Of a stretch of 64,000 nt of DNA, positions 61,027 to 64,000 are shown in pieces (position 1 is the first letter of the stretch; every line of letters begins with the position of its first letter). Source of the stretch: Bacillota bacterium (GTDB lineage: Bacteria; Bacillota; Dethiobacteria; DTU022); NCBI GenBank assembly GCA_040751775.1, contig JBFMGD010000003.1:19201-83200 (forward strand). The letters run 5' to 3'. A model generated the notes under the pieces. It was not told where the DNA came from and did not search any database. It saw nothing but the letters and a program-made list of their open reading frames with translations. A program made the translations under genes and the position numbers.

Positions 61027-62067
61027 ATGGTGCGCATTAAAATGAAGGCGCTGGTAAAAGATCAGGCGGGCCCGGGAGCTGTAATCAAGCGCCTGGAGAT
61101 GCCGCAGCTCGGACCGCATGATGTGCTCGTAAAAGTGCTCTCCACAGCCATCTGCGGCACTGACCTGCACATCTATAACTGGGATCAGTGGGCCGCTTCG
61201 CGCATCAAACCGCCTGTTGTGATGGGACATGAAATGGCGGGTGAAGTGGTCAAGTTGGGTTCAGCGGTACAAAGCTGCCGTAAAGGCGATTATGTCAGTT
61301 TGGAATGCCATAAAACCTGCGGTCAATGCTTCCAATGCAAGACCGGCCAGGCTCACATCTGCCGGGATTACTCGATTATCGGTGTGGACCTGGACGGATG
61401 TTTTGCCGAATATGCGCGTGTTCCGGAAGGAAATCTGTGGCTCAATGAGCAGCAGATGGCTCCGGAAGTGGCCTGCTTGCAGGATCCGGTAGGCAACGCG
61501 GTGCTGGCTGTTTTATCTGCGGAGATAGCCGGGAAAACGGTTCTGATCACCGGATGCGGGGCGATCGGCCTTTTTGCGGTAGGTGTGGCCGGCGCGGCGG
61601 GCGCGGCGCGGGTATTGGCGGTGGATATTAATGATTACCGGCTGAATATTGCCAAACGGATGGGCGCGGCGGTCGTGATCAACCCAATAAGAGAAAATGT
61701 GGTCGATCTCGTATTGCAGCACACTCAAGGATGCGGCGTGGATGTTGCCGTGGAGATGAGCGGTAACCAGGAGTGCCTTTATGACGGGTTAAAAACAGTA
61801 AAAAACGGCGGGCGGATCGCTTTGCTGGGTATCCCGTCAGGGAAGGTATCTCTGGACCTGGCCAATGATGTGATCTTCAAGGGGATTACAGTGGCCGGTA
61901 TAACCGGCCGGGAGATCTTCGCCACCTGGTATAAAACGGCGGCCTTGTTAAACGGTGCGCTGGATATCAACCCGATCATCACTCACCGGATGAAGATGGC
62001 TGACTACGTGGAAGCTTTTGAAATCATGAAATCAGGCGAATGCGGTAAAATCATCCTTTATCCATAA
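61027..62067 (+). CDS. tdh: L-threonine 3-dehydrogenase
   Basis: ICGTDLHIYNWDQWA, MGHE, CGQCFQC, GCGAIG, ITGRE..TWY; adjacent to kbl. Confidence 0.93.
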   Translation: MVRIKMKALVKDQAGPGAVIKRLEMPQLGPHDVLVKVLSTAICGTDLHIYNWDQWAASRIKPPVVMGHEMAGEVVKLGSAVQSCRKGDYVSLECHKTCGQCFQCKTGQAHICRDYSIIGVDLDGCFAEYARVPEGNLWLNEQQMAPEVACLQDPVGNAVLAVLSAEIAGKTVLITGCGAIGLFAVGVAGAAGAARVLAVDINDYRLNIAKRMGAAVVINPIRENVVDLVLQHTQGCGVDVAVEMSGNQECLYDGLKTVKNGGRIALLGIPSGKVSLDLANDVIFKGITVAGITGREIFATWYKTAALLNGALDINPIITHRMKMADYVEAFEIMKSGECGKIILYP

Positions 62068-62091
62068 ACTTTAATGAAAGAAGGTCAGTAT

Positions 62092-63258
62092 ATGAATAAT
62101 CTGCTTGAACAAATCCTGGGCGCGAAGATCGACGAACTGAAAAGCAAGAAAATCTTTCGCCATCTGACGGTGTTGGAAAGCGCGCAGGGTCCCCATGTCA
62201 GAATAAAGGGTCGGGCAGTGATTAACCTGGCCTCGAACAATTATTTGGGACTGGCGAGCCATCCGAGGATGATTGAAGCCGCGCTGCGGGCCACGCAGGA
62301 ATTCGGAGTGGGGTCGGGAGCGGTCCGCACGATCGCGGGGACGCTGCAATTACATCAGCAATTGGAAGAAGAGCTGGCGGTTTTTAAAAAGACTGAAGCA
62401 GCGCTGGTGTTTCAATCCGGGTTTACCTGCAATATGGGTGTGATCGAGCCACTGCTTTCCCCGGAAGATGTAATCATCAGCGATGAACTGAACCATGCCA
62501 GCATTATCGACGGGATCAGGCTGAGCAAAGCCGCCCGGCGCATCTACGCGCACAGTGACATGAGCGCCCTGGAGAGGCATTTGCAAGAATGCGCTTCTTA
62601 CCGGATCAGGCTGGTGATCACGGATGGTGTTTTCAGCATGGACGGCGATATCGCCAGGTTGCCTGAGATCACCGCGCTGGCGGAGAAGTACAACGCCGTA
62701 GTGATGATCGACGATGCGCATGCCAGCGGTGTTTTGGGCCGCTGCGGCCGGGGCAGCGTGGATCACTTCAACCTGCACGGCCGGGTGGATATTCAGGTGG
62801 GGACACTGTCCAAGGCAATCGGGGTGTTGGGCGGTTATATCGCCGGAAGCCGGAATTTAATTGATTACCTGATCCACAGGGGCCGTCCTTTTCTCTTCAG
62901 CACCTCTCATCCGCCCGGAGTGGTAGCCGCAAACATCGCCGCCTTGGCTTTGCTGCAGGAAGAAGAGCTACAAGACCGGTTATGGGTCAACGCGCGCTAT
63001 TTCAAAGAAGGGCTTAAGCAACTGGGCTTTAACACCGGGAACAGTGAAACGCCGATTACTCCGGTGATCATCGGTGACGGAGCCAGGGCCATGGCCTTCA
63101 GCGATGCCCTGCTGGAAGAAGGGGTGTTCTGCACGGGGATCGGTTTTCCGACCGTACCGGAGGATAAGTCCAGGGTCAGGACCATCGTCATGGCGACCCA
63201 CACCCGGGAGGATCTCGATAAAGCGCTGGCCGCATTCGAAAAGATCAAGCAAGTATAA
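62092..63258 (+). CDS. kbl: Glycine C-acetyltransferase (2-amino-3-ketobutyrate CoA ligase)
   Basis: [44 protein letters not shown] (PLP Lys), RPFLFS; an alternative ATG lies at 62074. Confidence 0.9.
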   Translation: MNNLLEQILGAKIDELKSKKIFRHLTVLESAQGPHVRIKGRAVINLASNNYLGLASHPRMIEAALRATQEFGVGSGAVRTIAGTLQLHQQLEEELAVFKKTEAALVFQSGFTCNMGVIEPLLSPEDVIISDELNHASIIDGIRLSKAARRIYAHSDMSALERHLQECASYRIRLVITDGVFSMDGDIARLPEITALAEKYNAVVMIDDAHASGVLGRCGRGSVDHFNLHGRVDIQVGTLSKAIGVLGGYIAGSRNLIDYLIHRGRPFLFSTSHPPGVVAANIAALALLQEEELQDRLWVNARYFKEGLKQLGFNTGNSETPITPVIIGDGARAMAFSDALLEEGVFCTGIGFPTVPEDKSRVRTIVMATHTREDLDKALAAFEKIKQV

Positions 63259-63339
63259 ACAGATTGGGTTCAACAAAACATAGAACCGAAGTTTGCCGTC
63301 CAACCCAATCTACTATAGATCGGATTTTAACAAAAAAAT

Positions 63340-64000
63340 ATGTTTTTTCATCGCTATTTCAGACGCAAACCGGTAGATCGCATTCTTTATGAAGAAACGG
63401 GAACCCAGGAGCGAAGCCTTAAACGCAGGCTCGGCGCGGTTGACCTGGTTTCCATGGGTATCGGCGCGATCATCGGCACCGGTATCTTTGTGCTGACCGG
63501 GGTAGCCGCCGCCAACTACGCCGGTCCGGGAGCGGTGCTTTCTTTCGTCCTGGCGGGAGCGGCCGCCGCCCTGGCCGCATTGGTTTACGCGGAACTGGCC
63601 TCCACAGTGCCGGTGGCCGGCAGCGCCTACGTCTACTCGTATGCCGGGCTGGGTGAAATCATCGCCTGGATCATCGGCTGGGATTTGATCCTGGAATATA
63701 CCGTTGCCGCCGGCGCCGTGGCCATCGGCTGGTCGGGTTACTTCGTCAACCTGCTGCAGGCGATCGGCATTTTTCTGCCCCGGGCGCTGACCGCCCCGCC
63801 GGCACTGGGGGGAGTGATCAACCTGCCCGCAGTGCTGATCGTAGTGCTCGTCTCTATTGTTCTGGTGCTGGGGACAAAGCGCTCGGCCCTGGTGAACAGT
63901 ATTATTGTGCTGATTAAACTGGCGGCGGTTGTTCTCTTTATCGTGGTCGGCGCGACCCGCATTGATCCGGGGCTGTGGAGCCCGTTTCTGCCGTTCGGCC
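63340..64000 (+). CDS. APC-family amino acid permease (3' end outside window)
   Basis: LKRRLGAVDL..GIGAIIGTGIFVLTG, GPGAVLSF, YAELAS.VPVAGSAY, IGWDLILEY; frame is open to the window end. Confidence 0.92.
   Translation, partial: MFFHRYFRRKPVDRILYEETGTQERSLKRRLGAVDLVSMGIGAIIGTGIFVLTGVAAANYAGPGAVLSFVLAGAAAALAALVYAELASTVPVAGSAYVYSYAGLGEIIAWIIGWDLILEYTVAAGAVAIGWSGYFVNLLQAIGIFLPRALTAPPALGGVINLPAVLIVVLVSIVLVLGTKRSALVNSIIVLIKLAAVVLFIVVGATRIDPGLWSPFLPFG

Overview
GC-rich window from an anaerobic, probably spore-forming member of Bacillota (inferred from ytrH/ytrI next to dnaE-pfkA-pyk, and from sigma-A, sigma-54 and CodY-like sites). 1) A de novo purine operon (purB-C-S-Q-L-F // purM-N-H-D) is split by about 5 kb carrying a Na+-type membrane pyrophosphatase, an AT-rich RAYT/TnpA-REP HUH nuclease flanked by three unusual doubled-arm hairpins, and an ABC-2 exporter. 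2) An acyl-CoA cluster holds a CoA-transferase, a thiolase, two acyl-CoA dehydrogenases (one selectively degenerate), CobO, MeaB and a split B12 mutase whose Phe/Gln specificity residues mark it as isobutyryl-CoA mutase. 3) After a TetR/SDR pair and ligA comes a BkdR-like sigma-54 activator, then a sigma-54-driven Leu/Val dehydrogenase and a 2-oxoacid oxidoreductase whose delta subunit is fused to a GltD/NfnB-like flavoprotein. Together with the mutase cluster this suggests a valine to isobutyryl-CoA to butyryl-CoA route. 4) The rest is a Phd-Uma2 fusion gene with a perfect palindromic operator, fumarase/malic enzyme/anchor-less fumarate reductase, a family III CoA-transferase, truncated nth, LonC, trmL, ytrIH, dnaE-pfkA-pyk-thioesterase-HDAC, DUF1015, tdh-kbl and a partial amino acid permease. 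No rRNA, tRNA or CRISPR array was seen. All calls come from motif recognition by eye; no database searches were run.
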